Shown piece by piece: positions 46,507 to 57,285 of a stretch of DNA of 64,000 nt. Source of the DNA: an uncultured bacterium (GTDB taxonomy: Bacteria; CSSED10-310; CAZUFC01). The stretch is taken from the NCBI GenBank assembly GCA_964619725.1, contig CAZUFC010000026.1, forward strand, positions 1 to 64,000, in the 5' to 3' direction. The stretch's first letter is position 1. Every line of letters starts with the position of its first letter. A model generated the notes under the pieces. That model saw only the letters and a list, made by a program, of their open reading frames with translations. It ran no database searches and was not told the DNA's origin. Both the position numbers and the translations under genes were made by a program.

Positions 46507-48924
46507 TTAATGTTTCCGGTAAATAGCGACTCCCATGCCTGCGATCAGGATAACAAGGCCCACGGCGCTGAAAGCGGGAATGGGCGCTCCGACGGTGAAA
46601 GTGTAGGGATCGGCTTCTGCGGTTGAGCGAGCGGTAGTTTTGGCGTTTCCGTCATGCAGGAAAGTTGTGTCGTAACCGGGGTTCCACAATTCGAGGTAGT
46701 ATTGTATTTGGTCTCCGGACTGGTAGGGATTGGCGAAGGATGCCATCCAGTATTCGTTGCTGCTGTTGTTGCTGTCCCAGTGTAAATCGGAGCTTGACCA
46801 GATCGGATTGCCCTGTTTGCGGTAATACAATTTACCGGAATAGAGGGTGCCGGCAGGATAGGCGCCGGTATAAATGTATACGGGCGAATCGCCTTCACCG
46901 ACGTTCAGGGGATTCCTCATGGTGACGCTGGGCGGTTCTTCATTCGCGGGAATATGCCATACGTTCGGAAGAGGATTCGATTCGGGCGTAGCAGTGGGTT
47001 CGGTGGGAGTAGGCGTAGGCGTCGACGAAGGCAGCGTATAGGTGTAGGGATTGGAGGCGGCATGGTCCAGATCGGCTGTCGTCTGGGAAGTATCGTCGGT
47101 ACCGTAAACATACGTCGTGTCATATCCCGGATTCTCCGCGCTGATGAAATACTTTAACGTATCGCCGGGATTGAGGAAATTTTCGAAACTGGCTATGAAA
47201 TACTCGTTGTCGCCCGGATTAGAGTCCCATGCAAATTCAGCGGTGTTCCACTGCGGCATATTGTTTTTCCGGTAATACAGCGTAGCGTAATGAATGGTTC
47301 CCTGCGGCCATCCGCCCAGGTAGACGTAAATATTTTCGTCGGTTGCCGAAGGATACAGGGGATTTCGCATGTGTACGGTCGGAGGTTCTTCATTTGTGGG
47401 AATGTGCCAGACGTTCATCAAGTTCGGCGCGGAAGTGGGCGTCGGCGTCGGTGATGGAACTCCCGACTCCTGAATGGTGAACTCAAATGGATTCTCCTGA
47501 GCCTCCGACTGTTCCGTTGAATTGAAACTTTGAGAATCCGAGCCGTAAACATAGGTTATGTTGTATGCCGGATTCTGAAGTTTCAGGTAATATTCCACGG
47601 CATCTCCGGCATCATAATTATTGGCGAAACTTGCCATCCAGTATTCATTGGGATACTGATTCACGTCCCAATTGAACGATGATTCATTCCACATTGCGGT
47701 CCCGGCCTCACGGTAATAAAGCGTTCCGGAGTAGATCGTTCCCATCGGATAGGCGCCGACATAAAAATATATGTTTTCGGCGTTGTCGTCAGGAGACAGC
47801 GGATTACGCATCGTCACCGAGGGCGGTTCGATATTGGAAGGAATATGCCAGCAGTTCATCATGTTGGCGACTCTGCGCGCCACGTATATTTCCTTGTCGT
47901 TTCCGTCGAATCCGTGCCAGGCGATGCGTCCGTTTTTAATTTTAGGTTTTTCGTCCCATCCCGGTTTATTCGAAACGTTTACCGTGTAAACGCCGTCATA
48001 ATATTTTATTTCAAAATCGTAATTTTCTCCCTGCGAGCTCCATACGATTTCGCCTCCGTCAATATCCGGGTCCACGCTGGGATTGTAGAAGTTGGTCAGT
48101 TTAGTTTTTTCACCGTCTGCCCACATATATATCTGCCACCCGGCATTGTCTGCGCCCATCCAGACTATCTTGCCGTTACTCACTTCCGGGTTCCAGTCAG
48201 TCCATATCTTATCGGAAATGTTGGCAATAGTCGTTCCATCCCAGTAATAAACTTCATCTGCGTAAGTTCCCTGCGGAAATCCATGCCATACTAAATTGTG
48301 TCCGTCAAAACGGGGCCGGCGTCCCATCATCTCATCGGTGGTTATCTTCTGAGTCGTCGTTCCGTTCCACAAATAAAGATCGACTCTCTGTTCGCCGTCA
48401 TTCCAACGGCTCCACGCTGCCCACCCGTCTTCAATATCCGGTTCCTCATTCACCGCAGAATCATCCGTCAGTTGATTGATAGTCGATCCGTTCCAGTAAT
48501 AAATCTCCGTATCATCTTCGCCCTCGCGTCCGACCCATACCGCCTCTCCCATGTTCGTCCTGGGTGAAAACTGTTCTATTCCATCGTCGGTCAACTCGGT
48601 CGCATTCGTGCCGTCCCAGAATACCACTTCCGCTGCCGAACCTTCACCCGTTATCCAGACCGCTTTGCCGTCCTCCAGGTGAGGTGAATGATCGTTTATC
48701 CCATTGTCCGTCAATGCTGATACGGTTGATCCGTCATAAAGATATATCTCCAGATCATTCCCGTCATATCCCGTCCATATGATGTATTCCTCGTCCATTA
48801 CTACGTCGTAATCGTCAAAATCATTGAACGTCAGTTGTTCCACTTCAAAAGTCACAGCACTGACGCTTAAAACAGAAAATAACATTACGCTTAACACGAT
48901 TAACCAGGTTTCTAATAATTTCAT
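46507..48924 (-). CDS. secreted surface protein: beta-propeller-like repeats, three tandem ~130-aa domains, IPTL-CTERM-like anchor
   Basis: signal peptide; W.G.DG.D.EIY.WDG repeats; 3x WHIP.N.EPP.V.MRNPL; APIPAFSAVGLVILIAGMGVAIYRKH. Confidence 0.8.
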   Translation of the reverse strand: MKLLETWLIVLSVMLFSVLSVSAVTFEVEQLTFNDFDDYDVVMDEEYIIWTGYDGNDLEIYLYDGSTVSALTDNGINDHSPHLEDGKAVWITGEGSAAEVVFWDGTNATELTDDGIEQFSPRTNMGEAVWVGREGEDDTEIYYWNGSTINQLTDDSAVNEEPDIEDGWAAWSRWNDGEQRVDLYLWNGTTTQKITTDEMMGRRPRFDGHNLVWHGFPQGTYADEVYYWDGTTIANISDKIWTDWNPEVSNGKIVWMGADNAGWQIYMWADGEKTKLTNFYNPSVDPDIDGGEIVWSSQGENYDFEIKYYDGVYTVNVSNKPGWDEKPKIKNGRIAWHGFDGNDKEIYVARRVANMMNCWHIPSNIEPPSVTMRNPLSPDDNAENIYFYVGAYPMGTIYSGTLYYREAGTAMWNESSFNWDVNQYPNEYWMASFANNYDAGDAVEYYLKLQNPAYNITYVYGSDSQSFNSTEQSEAQENPFEFTIQESGVPSPTPTPTSAPNLMNVWHIPTNEEPPTVHMRNPLYPSATDENIYVYLGGWPQGTIHYATLYYRKNNMPQWNTAEFAWDSNPGDNEYFIASFENFLNPGDTLKYFISAENPGYDTTYVYGTDDTSQTTADLDHAASNPYTYTLPSSTPTPTPTEPTATPESNPLPNVWHIPANEEPPSVTMRNPLNVGEGDSPVYIYTGAYPAGTLYSGKLYYRKQGNPIWSSSDLHWDSNNSSNEYWMASFANPYQSGDQIQYYLELWNPGYDTTFLHDGNAKTTARSTAEADPYTFTVGAPIPAFSAVGLVILIAGMGVAIYRKH

Positions 48925-49151
48925 CTTAATCCTCCCGTCTGTCATGAGTTGACTGTTGCCGTAACATTAATAAAAAATATGAACCATAGCAAGAGATCGA
49001 CAGGCGATCTGCCAAAGGATTTATACAGATTTTTTTGGAAAAATCAAATTCACGTACTGTTTCGAAAGAGATACCTATACCGACCCCGATTACAGCCGGT
49101 TACTTCTTCTGATTTGAAAAAGCAGGACGATCTTCGACGAATAGATTTTTA

Positions 49152-49300
49152 GGCATTGATCAAAAAAGCGTCTTTTGCAGTTACGATTCGAAAGAATAGT
49201 TCATCAACTTGTTTCGATTGCGATTGCGATACCGATCCCGATTAATGAAACAAACCGTAAAAAGTTTTGAAAGATGTGTAACCCCGATCTGATCAGTCCC
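49152..49300 (-). repeat. dispersed repeat family A, copy 7
   Basis: GGCATTGATCAAAAAAGCGTCTTTTG...GTGTAACCCCGATCTGATCAGTCCC. Confidence 0.85.
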
Positions 49301-49553
49301 GATTTTTATGGGTTATGAACAACTCGGAAAAGCTGCGAAGAATAGACGCGGGGCCGTCTTGTAAGAGGTTATTCGTAAAGGTCTAAGAAGTGTTTCGCTG
49401 AACAGTAAATCGCAACGGGAAGTTGGTTTCAAGCCAGACGCTGATCTTGTTTTAGGTGAGTAAACAGCATCATCACCCCCAATTTGTGCTATTGGGTTTC
49501 GGGCTATCCCGCCTCGCTGCGGCTTGGCGCTTGCACCCCCTGTCTCTTCCTTT

Positions 49554-50085
49554 TTATTCATCCTTGAACTTGATTGTGTAAGCATGATTGGCGACGTGAA
49601 TCCGCCCGACGAATTGCCTGAACCTTGCCGGCAATTCCTGAAAATCTTCGTAACTCTTTGTGAAGGAACGCCTGGGTTCATGCACTATATCGCGCCCATC
49701 TGCGTACGATTCGTTTGTAGGCCGAATCAATGACCCGCCGGAGACTTCACTCTATATCCGATAAAAGGTTCTTCCTGATCTCCAATCCCTGAGATAAACT
49801 GATACGCTCTCCACGGTATTCGATTTCATGAGCGAAATTAGACGCCTGTATGGCCTGGTTCACCATGACCCGTTTCGTCTGCAACTTTTTTAATTCCTCC
49901 CCTGCAGCATCAGGGTAAAAATCCGCACTGGGTTCCCGCTCCTCCTCATCCCTCCTGCTCAGGAACCCTCGCTCCTTCTCAAAGCCCTTTTCCGTGATTC
50001 TCTCTATAACTTTTATGTGACGGTCATGTTGGTTTCGCAATTCAATGGCTTCGTAAATATAGAGATTCTGCTTCTCGTCAGGCAT
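49554..50085 (-). pseudogene. DIP1984-like coiled-coil protein, disrupted by a stop and a frameshift
   Basis: IYEAIELR...NQAIQASN...ISLSQGLEIR; reading continues after TGA 49747 (RVIDSAYKRIV) and in a shifted frame (DGRDIVHEP...IHVANHAYTIKFKDE*). Confidence 0.5.
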
Positions 50086-51053
50086 CAAAAAGTTCTTTTT
50101 AGAAACGCTGCAATTTTCCGGGGCGTTATACTAAATTTAAAATTTTACTAAAAGCAAAAAGTTGACGATCACATTTTCTCTGAATTCAATCATCGTTCAA
50201 AGCAACCGGTATTAACAGCGACGAATCAGCCGGATAATTATGAAAACGAACAAAAATTGTCCCGAAAGAAATGAGACGGGCTAAGCTATTGAAATAAATG
50301 ATAAACCATGCCCCATCGTTTCGGGCCCTCCCCCACGTCCGGTTTCGGCTCGGACTCCACCTCCACGGGCATTATCCGACTCCTGAAGCGCTGCTGCTTT
50401 TCAGAAGCATGCCCCCAGCCTTCCTTCGGACGTAAGATTGTCTGCTTTCGGACCGAAGCCGACGGAAAGAATTTAAGCATTTTACATGCCAAAAAAAATA
50501 ATTCCTTATTCTACAGTAACTTGAATTTTAAGGGCATAGAATCCTGCTTGTTTTTGCGCCCTGAGGGTCAAAAATTTTGAATTTTTTTCAAATTTTTTGA
50601 ATATTCGAATTCAAATAAATATGAAAAAGCCTTCCCCCGGATTCCAAATACTTAATGAAATTGTTTATTTTACAAGTAAATAAAGCATCATTCGAAGTTC
50701 CGGTTTTTAACCCGGAAACAAACCTGAACAATTCAAATTTTTTGATTCCGGAAACGAAATGCGCCCCGGGAAAGCGGCAGGATGCCGCTTCTCCCTTTTC
50801 TTCTTTGATTTTTATTGAGGTTCAAAAAAATTGTTTTTATAGTGTAGAGGCAGCATACTGCCGCATTTAAGCCGGTTCTATATATACCGGCCATAGAACC
50901 TAATGAAAACGGGAGTACTGCCGTGCATCATCCGGCCTCGAAAAAGGGACAAAACCCTTCGCAGACTAAAACGGTTAAAAATCCGATTATGGACGTCATA
51001 AAGGCATACAATATCCCAAGGCCGTCGAGCCGATCAACAGTTTTCGATGATTA

Positions 51054-51399
51054 CTGGGAGCGCAGGCTTCCAGCCTGCCTGCGCATCGTATACGGTTATG
51101 AAACGAAAAGCCTGCTGTCAGGCTGGACCTGTAAATCAACCGAAATTGACGACTCAGGCGGCAAAATTCTTCCATAAAAAATAAATAAGGCATTACACCG
51201 GGAGCTGATAGACATGCCATCCTTCGAAAGACCTAACGAATTCCCATTCAAAATGAAAAAAAGAGGACGAATCATTCCACGAGTGTTTTAATTCGCTAAG
51301 GGTTGCAAAGATGGTTTTCTTAAAGCGCCGGGTCCTTTGATCGTAAACTGTTATCGGAAGCCTCGATTTAGAAGGCAGGCTGGAAGCCTGCGGTCCCAG
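51054..51399. repeat. REP-like inverted pair (27 bp, 1 mismatch) at 51054-51080 and 51373-51399
   Basis: CTGGGAGCGCAGGCTTCCAGCCTGCCT / AGGCAGGCTGGAAGCCTGCGGTCCCAG; each copy internally palindromic. Confidence 0.8.
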
Positions 51400-51513
51400 T
51401 GCAGCGTTGCCTTCATTTGAGCATTCCCATCTTTTCAGCCATTCGGAATTGACAGTTCAGGCTTTGATTTTTAAACTTCAGGGGAGATGCAGGTGAGTTA
51501 GGGAGGTGCAGTA

Positions 51514-53001
51514 TTGGATAACAGAGAAGCAGGGCGCATAATGATGATCGGATTTGATGGTACAGATGTTGATCCTGAGGTCAGACGATTGTTTGAAGCG
51601 GTTCGTCCTGCTGGGGTTGTGCTTTTTCAAAGAAACATCATTACTGTTGATCAGACGAAAGCGCTGGTCGGTCAATTGCGTGAAACGGCACGCCAATACA
51701 TGGACGAAATGCTGTTGATTGCCGTAGATCATGAAGGCGGGCAGGTACACCGTTTCGGAGGAGAACTCACTCAGTTTCCCGGCAACCTGGCGCTGGGTCG
51801 TCTTGACTCCGAAGCCACTGCTGAGAGCGTGGGTTACGGTATGGGAATGGAGTTGAATCTATTGGGAGTCGACATCAATTTCGCCCCTGTTCTTGATTTG
51901 CTTTCGCTGCGTGAGAATCCTCAGACCCTGACGCGATCCTACGGAGGAGCCCCCATCAAAACAGCCCGTCTCGGCGCCGCATTCATCAAAGGATTGGAAA
52001 AGGCAGGCATACCGGCGACAGCGAAACACTTTCCCGGACTCGGCAACTGCAGAATCGACAGTCACATTCAAAGACCCGTCATCGAGTCATCATTTGATGA
52101 ACTAATGAAAAATGACCTTGTACCTTTCCGCATTGCCGTGGATAAGGGGGTTCCTCTTGTCATGACGGCTCACGCAGCTTATCCCGCTCTGGATGATTCG
52201 GGAAGTCCCGCCACGTTTTCCCGCCCGGTGATCGAAGGCATACTGCGCGAACGGCTTGAATACAAGGGAGCGGTTATCACCGATGCGCTTGAAATGGGAG
52301 CTGTTACGGAAACCCTGTCTCCGGAAAAAGTCGCTCCGGCCGCTTTTTCTGCCGGTTGCGATCTGCTGCTGGCATGCAGGGATCATCAATACATCCTGAC
52401 GCTTCATGATAATCTCCAGAAATTTCTGGAGTCCAATGAGATGCCGGAGCGAAGATGGATGAATTCAATAAGACGAATTGAGGATTTGAGAAACAGAATA
52501 AAAAAAACGAGCATAAAGAAGGTTGACTGGCGAGAACTTCTGGACAAAAATGCAGAACTGGCGCAATCGGTCGCCTTGAATTCTTTGGAGCTGATCAGAG
52601 ATACTGAAGGTCTGATCCCCTTGAAGCCCGGCACGACGTTGCTCGTTTCGAAGTTAAATGAGAAAAGAACTAGTGAAGTATTTGAAAAAGGGACTTTTGC
52701 AACGATATTCATCGATTATTTAAGAAAAAAAGGCTTCCATATTAATGAATCGATTGAGAGAGACGTTACACCCGATGATTCGAAAAGCGTTCGGGTATTA
52801 TTGAACGAACGCCCTCTAAGCCGGCGGAGGCTTCGGGAATTGAGCGAAACTGCCGGTCCAGGTTCTGAAACGATTTTCATAGATGCAGGAGTTCCTGTGG
52901 ATAATGAGAAGCTTCCTGACCACTGGACGGTGATCAATACATACAGCAGTTGCCGTTTCAGTATGGAAGCGGCAGCCGGACTTTTATGCGGGGCTGATTA
53001 G
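51514..53001 (+). CDS. nagZ: GH3 beta-N-acetylhexosaminidase (NagZ-like)
   Basis: AVDHEGGQV.R, NFAPVLD, KHFPGLG...DSH, VMTAH, ITDALEMGA. Confidence 0.85.
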   Translation: MDNREAGRIMMIGFDGTDVDPEVRRLFEAVRPAGVVLFQRNIITVDQTKALVGQLRETARQYMDEMLLIAVDHEGGQVHRFGGELTQFPGNLALGRLDSEATAESVGYGMGMELNLLGVDINFAPVLDLLSLRENPQTLTRSYGGAPIKTARLGAAFIKGLEKAGIPATAKHFPGLGNCRIDSHIQRPVIESSFDELMKNDLVPFRIAVDKGVPLVMTAHAAYPALDDSGSPATFSRPVIEGILRERLEYKGAVITDALEMGAVTETLSPEKVAPAAFSAGCDLLLACRDHQYILTLHDNLQKFLESNEMPERRWMNSIRRIEDLRNRIKKTSIKKVDWRELLDKNAELAQSVALNSLELIRDTEGLIPLKPGTTLLVSKLNEKRTSEVFEKGTFATIFIDYLRKKGFHINESIERDVTPDDSKSVRVLLNERPLSRRRLRELSETAGPGSETIFIDAGVPVDNEKLPDHWTVINTYSSCRFSMEAAAGLLCGAD

Positions 53002-53040
53002 CCAAGAGAGAATTTATGTAATGAAGAAAGAGAGAATACA

Positions 53041-54648
53041 ATGAAAATAAACTTCAGGAGCGAACTCAGCGTCGGCGGTTCAGTAAAAAGGCGCTTGACG
53101 ATGATCATTGCGATTTTATTTTTTTGCACAGCATTGATCGCCGGCACAGGATGCAAATCCGACAGGGATGACCGGATAACTCTGCACATCGGCATCAACG
53201 GCGATCCCAGGAGCCTTGATCCCCGGACGGCTACCGATGCGGCGTCGTCCCGGGTCAATCAACTTATTTATAATTCACTGATCAAAAAGGACATTCATTC
53301 TGACCTTGTTCCTGATCTGGCCGAGTCCTGGAGTATGCCGGACGATTCCACTTATGTTTTCAAACTGAAACAAGGAGTCAAATTCCATGACGGTTCGGAT
53401 TTGACGGCTGAGGACGTCGCTTTCACATTCAACAGCCTGCTGGACCCTGAATTCAGGTCGCCGAAACGAGCGGCATACGAAAAACTGGAATCGATCAACG
53501 TCAAGGACCCTTATACTATCGTTTTCCATTTGAAAGAACCTTTTGCACCGTTTCTGATCAATATGGTACTGGGAATAGTTCCGAAACCGGAAGGGGAAGA
53601 AGGATTACGCGACCTTAATGAGAATCCCGTGGGGACAGGACCTTTTCGTTTTGTTTCTCGCCGATCAGGTGAAGAGATCGTGCTGGAGCGGTTCACGGAT
53701 TACTTTTCGCCGTTTGAGGAACCTGGTCGTTTGGAAAGGCTGGTTTACAGGATCATACCCGATGACACCATCCGCATCCTGGAGCTGGAGAAGGGCTCGA
53801 TAGATTTCGTGCAAAATAATATTCCCCGCGATATCGTCGGCAGAATGCGTGAAAAAGATGAGTTTGAAGTTTCGGTTAAGCCGGGCACGAATTTTTATTA
53901 TATGGGCTTCAACATGCAGGACGATATTTTGAAATCGGAAAAGGTGCGGCAGGCTATATGCCATGCGGTAGACCGCGACAGCATCATCGAGAATCTTCTT
54001 TACGGTTTTGCAACGCCTGCAGGAAGTTTATTGCCGGAAGGCCATTGGGCTTATGAACCCGAAACGATCGAATACGGTCATGATCCTGAAAAGGCTGAAC
54101 AACTTCTGGAAGAGGCGGGTTATGAACTAAAACAGCTTGAAGGCGCTGACGAACCGGCACGCTTTAAATTACTGTATAAGACATCTCAGAACAAGCTTTC
54201 GCGGCAGATAGCGGAAGTATTCCAGGCCAACCTGAAGCAAGTCGGCATTCATGTGGATATAAGGTCGTATGAATGGGGGACCTTTTACGATGACATCATA
54301 AAAGGAAATTTCCAGTTGTATTCCCTGTCCTGGGTAGGCATAACCGATCCCGACATTTATTATTCCATATTTCATAGTTCCAGCGTGCCGCCTAATGGAA
54401 GGAACAGGGGACGATACTCCAATCCCGAACTGGATGAATTGCTGGAACAGGGTCGCCTGACGCTCGATCAGGATAAAAGGGCGCGTATTTATTCAAAGGT
54501 GCAGAAGATATTGTCGGAGGAGGTCCCTTATTGCTGCTTATGGCATGAGGATAATATCGTCATAATGGAGGAAGACTTCCGGGGTTACAGGATATACCCG
54601 GCGGGGGATTTCGATTCATTGAGCCAGGTAGTGTATCGACCATCCTGA
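53041..54648 (+). CDS. ABC transporter substrate-binding lipoprotein, family 5 (peptide/nickel)
   Basis: GTGC lipobox, PDLAESW, VKFHDGS, PVGTGPF, VRQAI.HAVDR. Confidence 0.92.
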   Translation: MKINFRSELSVGGSVKRRLTMIIAILFFCTALIAGTGCKSDRDDRITLHIGINGDPRSLDPRTATDAASSRVNQLIYNSLIKKDIHSDLVPDLAESWSMPDDSTYVFKLKQGVKFHDGSDLTAEDVAFTFNSLLDPEFRSPKRAAYEKLESINVKDPYTIVFHLKEPFAPFLINMVLGIVPKPEGEEGLRDLNENPVGTGPFRFVSRRSGEEIVLERFTDYFSPFEEPGRLERLVYRIIPDDTIRILELEKGSIDFVQNNIPRDIVGRMREKDEFEVSVKPGTNFYYMGFNMQDDILKSEKVRQAICHAVDRDSIIENLLYGFATPAGSLLPEGHWAYEPETIEYGHDPEKAEQLLEEAGYELKQLEGADEPARFKLLYKTSQNKLSRQIAEVFQANLKQVGIHVDIRSYEWGTFYDDIIKGNFQLYSLSWVGITDPDIYYSIFHSSSVPPNGRNRGRYSNPELDELLEQGRLTLDQDKRARIYSKVQKILSEEVPYCCLWHEDNIVIMEEDFRGYRIYPAGDFDSLSQVVYRPS

Positions 54649-54652
54649 TATT

Positions 54653-55588
54653 ATGCAGCAGTTCATAATCCGCAGAATTTTACTTATAATCCCGGTAGTC
54701 TGGGGCGTCTCCACACTCGTATTTCTGTTCATCCACTTTATACCGGGAGACCCTGCGGTCATAATGCTGGGAGAATCAGCGCAACCCGCGGATATTGAGA
54801 ACATGCGCAGGACCCTCGGACTGGATAAACCTTTGCACGAACAATACTGGACATTTTTAAAGGGATTAGCGACGGGCGATCTCGGGGATTCCATACAAAC
54901 CGAAGGTCCGGTGGTGCGCATGGTGCTGGAGCGTTTTCCGGCCACGTTGCAGTTGACGCTGGCGAGTATGCTGGCGGCTGTGCTTATCGCTTTTCCGTTG
55001 GGTGTAATGTCCGCTGTGAAGCAGGGATCATCCATTGACCAGTCGAGCCGTTTTTTATCATTGCTGGGCATATCCATACCGAATTTCTGGCTGGGTCCCA
55101 TGCTTATAATCATTTTTTCCCTTAAACTGGATATTTTTCCCGTATCAGGCAGAAGAGGCATATCCTATTATATTCTTCCAGCGGTGACGCTGGGGACGGC
55201 CATGGCGGCCATACTCACCAGGATGATCCGGGCGAGCCTGCTGGAGATCATCCGGTCCGATTATATCATAACGGCAAGGAGTAAAGGCGTTTCTGAAAAG
55301 GTCGTCGTTTTGAAGCATGCCTTGAGGAATTCTCTTATTCCTGTGATCACGGTGATCGGTTTACAATTCGGGGCCCTTCTGGGCGGTTCGATCATAACGG
55401 AAAAGATATTTTCCTGGCCGGGAATCGGCAGCCTGCTGATCAGCGCCATCAGCCAGAGGGATTATCCCGTGGTACAGGGCTGCGTTCTCCTTATATCTTT
55501 CAGTTACGTACTGGTCAATCTTTTAACGGATATCACCTACGGATTCCTTGATCCGCGCGTCAGAATACTGACGTCGAAAAGCTCATGA
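54653..55588 (+). CDS. ABC peptide transporter permease (DppB/OppB)
   Basis: PGDPA, GDLG.S, RFPATLQL, TARSKG, HALRNS, RDYPVVQG. Confidence 0.92.
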   Translation: MQQFIIRRILLIIPVVWGVSTLVFLFIHFIPGDPAVIMLGESAQPADIENMRRTLGLDKPLHEQYWTFLKGLATGDLGDSIQTEGPVVRMVLERFPATLQLTLASMLAAVLIAFPLGVMSAVKQGSSIDQSSRFLSLLGISIPNFWLGPMLIIIFSLKLDIFPVSGRRGISYYILPAVTLGTAMAAILTRMIRASLLEIIRSDYIITARSKGVSEKVVVLKHALRNSLIPVITVIGLQFGALLGGSIITEKIFSWPGIGSLLISAISQRDYPVVQGCVLLISFSYVLVNLLTDITYGFLDPRVRILTSKSS

Positions 55589-56418
55589 AACACCGTAAAT
55601 TTAGAAAACTCATGAGAAACAAAACCGCGCTGATCGGCGCGGTTATTACGATTGTTTTTATCTTCACAGGCATTTTCGGCAAATTCCTGACTCCCTATGA
55701 TCCCCTGGAACAAAACCTCGATCTTAAAAAAGAAGGCCCGTCCTGGAAGCATCCCTGCGGCAGAGACCATCTGGGCAGGGACATCTTCAGCAGAATACTG
55801 GCCGGAGCCGGCATATCACTTAAAGTAGGCTTTATCGTAGTTTTCGTTTCCTGCCTGGTCGGACTTCTTGTCGGAACTGCAGCGGGTTACTTCGGCGGAC
55901 TCTTCGATGAAATCATCATGCGCATAATCGATATACTGCTGGCCTTTCCCGGCATATTGCTCGCCATCGCCATGGTCGCTGTTCTGGGACCCAACATCAA
56001 TAACGTCATTATCGCTCTCTGCATAATGGGATGGGTAGGCTTCGCCAGGCTGGCCAGAGGACAAGCGCTGCTCATCAGGGAGCTGGAATACGTCGAAGCA
56101 GCCAGGGCTATGGGCGCAAAACCACTAAGGATAATCATCAGCCACGTAATACCCAATCTTACTGCCCCCATCCTCGTGCAAGCCACTCTGGGCATAGCCG
56201 GCGCCATCATCGCCGAAGCAGGCCTCAGCTTCCTGGGTCTGGGCGTCGAACCCCCGGCGCCGAGCTGGGGCAGCCTCCTGGACGAAGGGGTTGCTCAAAT
56301 ACTGACCTCTCCGCATATGACAGTCTTTCCGGGAATAGCCATCGCTCTGACCGTTATGGGCCTTAATTTCGTCGGCGACGGTCTCCGGGACGTCCTGGAC
56401 CCAAAACAGGCAGATTGA
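55585..56418 (+). CDS. ABC peptide transporter permease (DppC/OppC)
   Basis: GRDIFSR, EYVEAARAMGA, EAGLSFLGLG, PSWG, GDGLRD. Confidence 0.92.
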   Translation: MKHRKFRKLMRNKTALIGAVITIVFIFTGIFGKFLTPYDPLEQNLDLKKEGPSWKHPCGRDHLGRDIFSRILAGAGISLKVGFIVVFVSCLVGLLVGTAAGYFGGLFDEIIMRIIDILLAFPGILLAIAMVAVLGPNINNVIIALCIMGWVGFARLARGQALLIRELEYVEAARAMGAKPLRIIISHVIPNLTAPILVQATLGIAGAIIAEAGLSFLGLGVEPPAPSWGSLLDEGVAQILTSPHMTVFPGIAIALTVMGLNFVGDGLRDVLDPKQAD

Positions 56419-56535
56419 ACCGCAGCGCAACCTTGATTTCAAGAGTCCGCTGTTGACATAATACAGACCGTTATATAATAATTTTACGCGGGATTTATTC
56501 AGGGGCTGGAAAAAAATTGTTTAAAGGCTCAAATA

Positions 56536-56880
56536 ATGAAAAAAGCATTATCCAATCTGAAAAGTTATGAAAAGGAAGCCCTCTTTAAATTTCTGAAAGC
56601 CGTCAGACGAAAAACCGGAGGAAAAATTTTAGAAGTCAGGCTGTTCGGTTCAAAATTCCGCGGCGATTATAATAAAGATTCGGACATCGACATTATGATG
56701 ATAGTGAAAGAAAGAACTGACGATTTGATGGATGCTGTATACGACGAGCTGGTGGAGATAGAATTGATCTATGACTCAAAAATTTCTCTTACTATTTTTT
56801 CAGAAAAAGAATACCATATGAATATTGAAGCGCACACTCCTTTTATTGAAAATCTCCAAAAAGAAGAAATTAAAGTGTGA
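56536..56880 (+). CDS. minimal nucleotidyltransferase (MNT) of an MNT-HEPN pair
   Basis: LFGSKFRGDYNKDSDIDI. Confidence 0.85.
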   Translation: MKKALSNLKSYEKEALFKFLKAVRRKTGGKILEVRLFGSKFRGDYNKDSDIDIMMIVKERTDDLMDAVYDELVEIELIYDSKISLTIFSEKEYHMNIEAHTPFIENLQKEEIKV

Positions 56881-57285
56881 CGGAAACAGATAAAAAGGAA
56901 ACCCTTATTCGATATAGACTGCAAAGCAGTAAAGAGAGATTGAAATCGGCGAAATACTTCTTGAGAATAATCAACACGACGATTCAATATCGAGGTCCTA
57001 TTATGCAATGTTTACTGCTGCCAGAGCGCTTTTGGCATTCAGACAACTCGACAGCAGTAAACATTCGGGTGTGATTTCGCTTTTTAACAGATATTTCGTT
57101 AAAACCGGGATTTTAGAAAAGAAATGAGTAGAATTCTGATGAAATCAAAGGGTCTCAGGCAGAATGGAGAGTACGAAGATTTTGTGAAAAGCACTAAAGA
57201 AGAAGCTGAAAAACAGTTCAAGGAAGCGGAATATTTTGTAAATGCCGTTTTGAGAGTCCAGAAGAGAAGCCCGGAGATCGAGTAA
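56877..57285 (+). pseudogene. HEPN domain protein with two frameshifts
   Basis: joined frames give SISRSYYAMF.AARALL...SKHSGVISLF...FVKTG...RQNGEY; single-base losses near 56953 and 57123. Confidence 0.75.

Noticed and set aside
50286-50580. Small ORFs in the 50.1-51.5 kb gap
   Set aside because: No recognisable motifs or convincing RBS; possibly decayed sequence.
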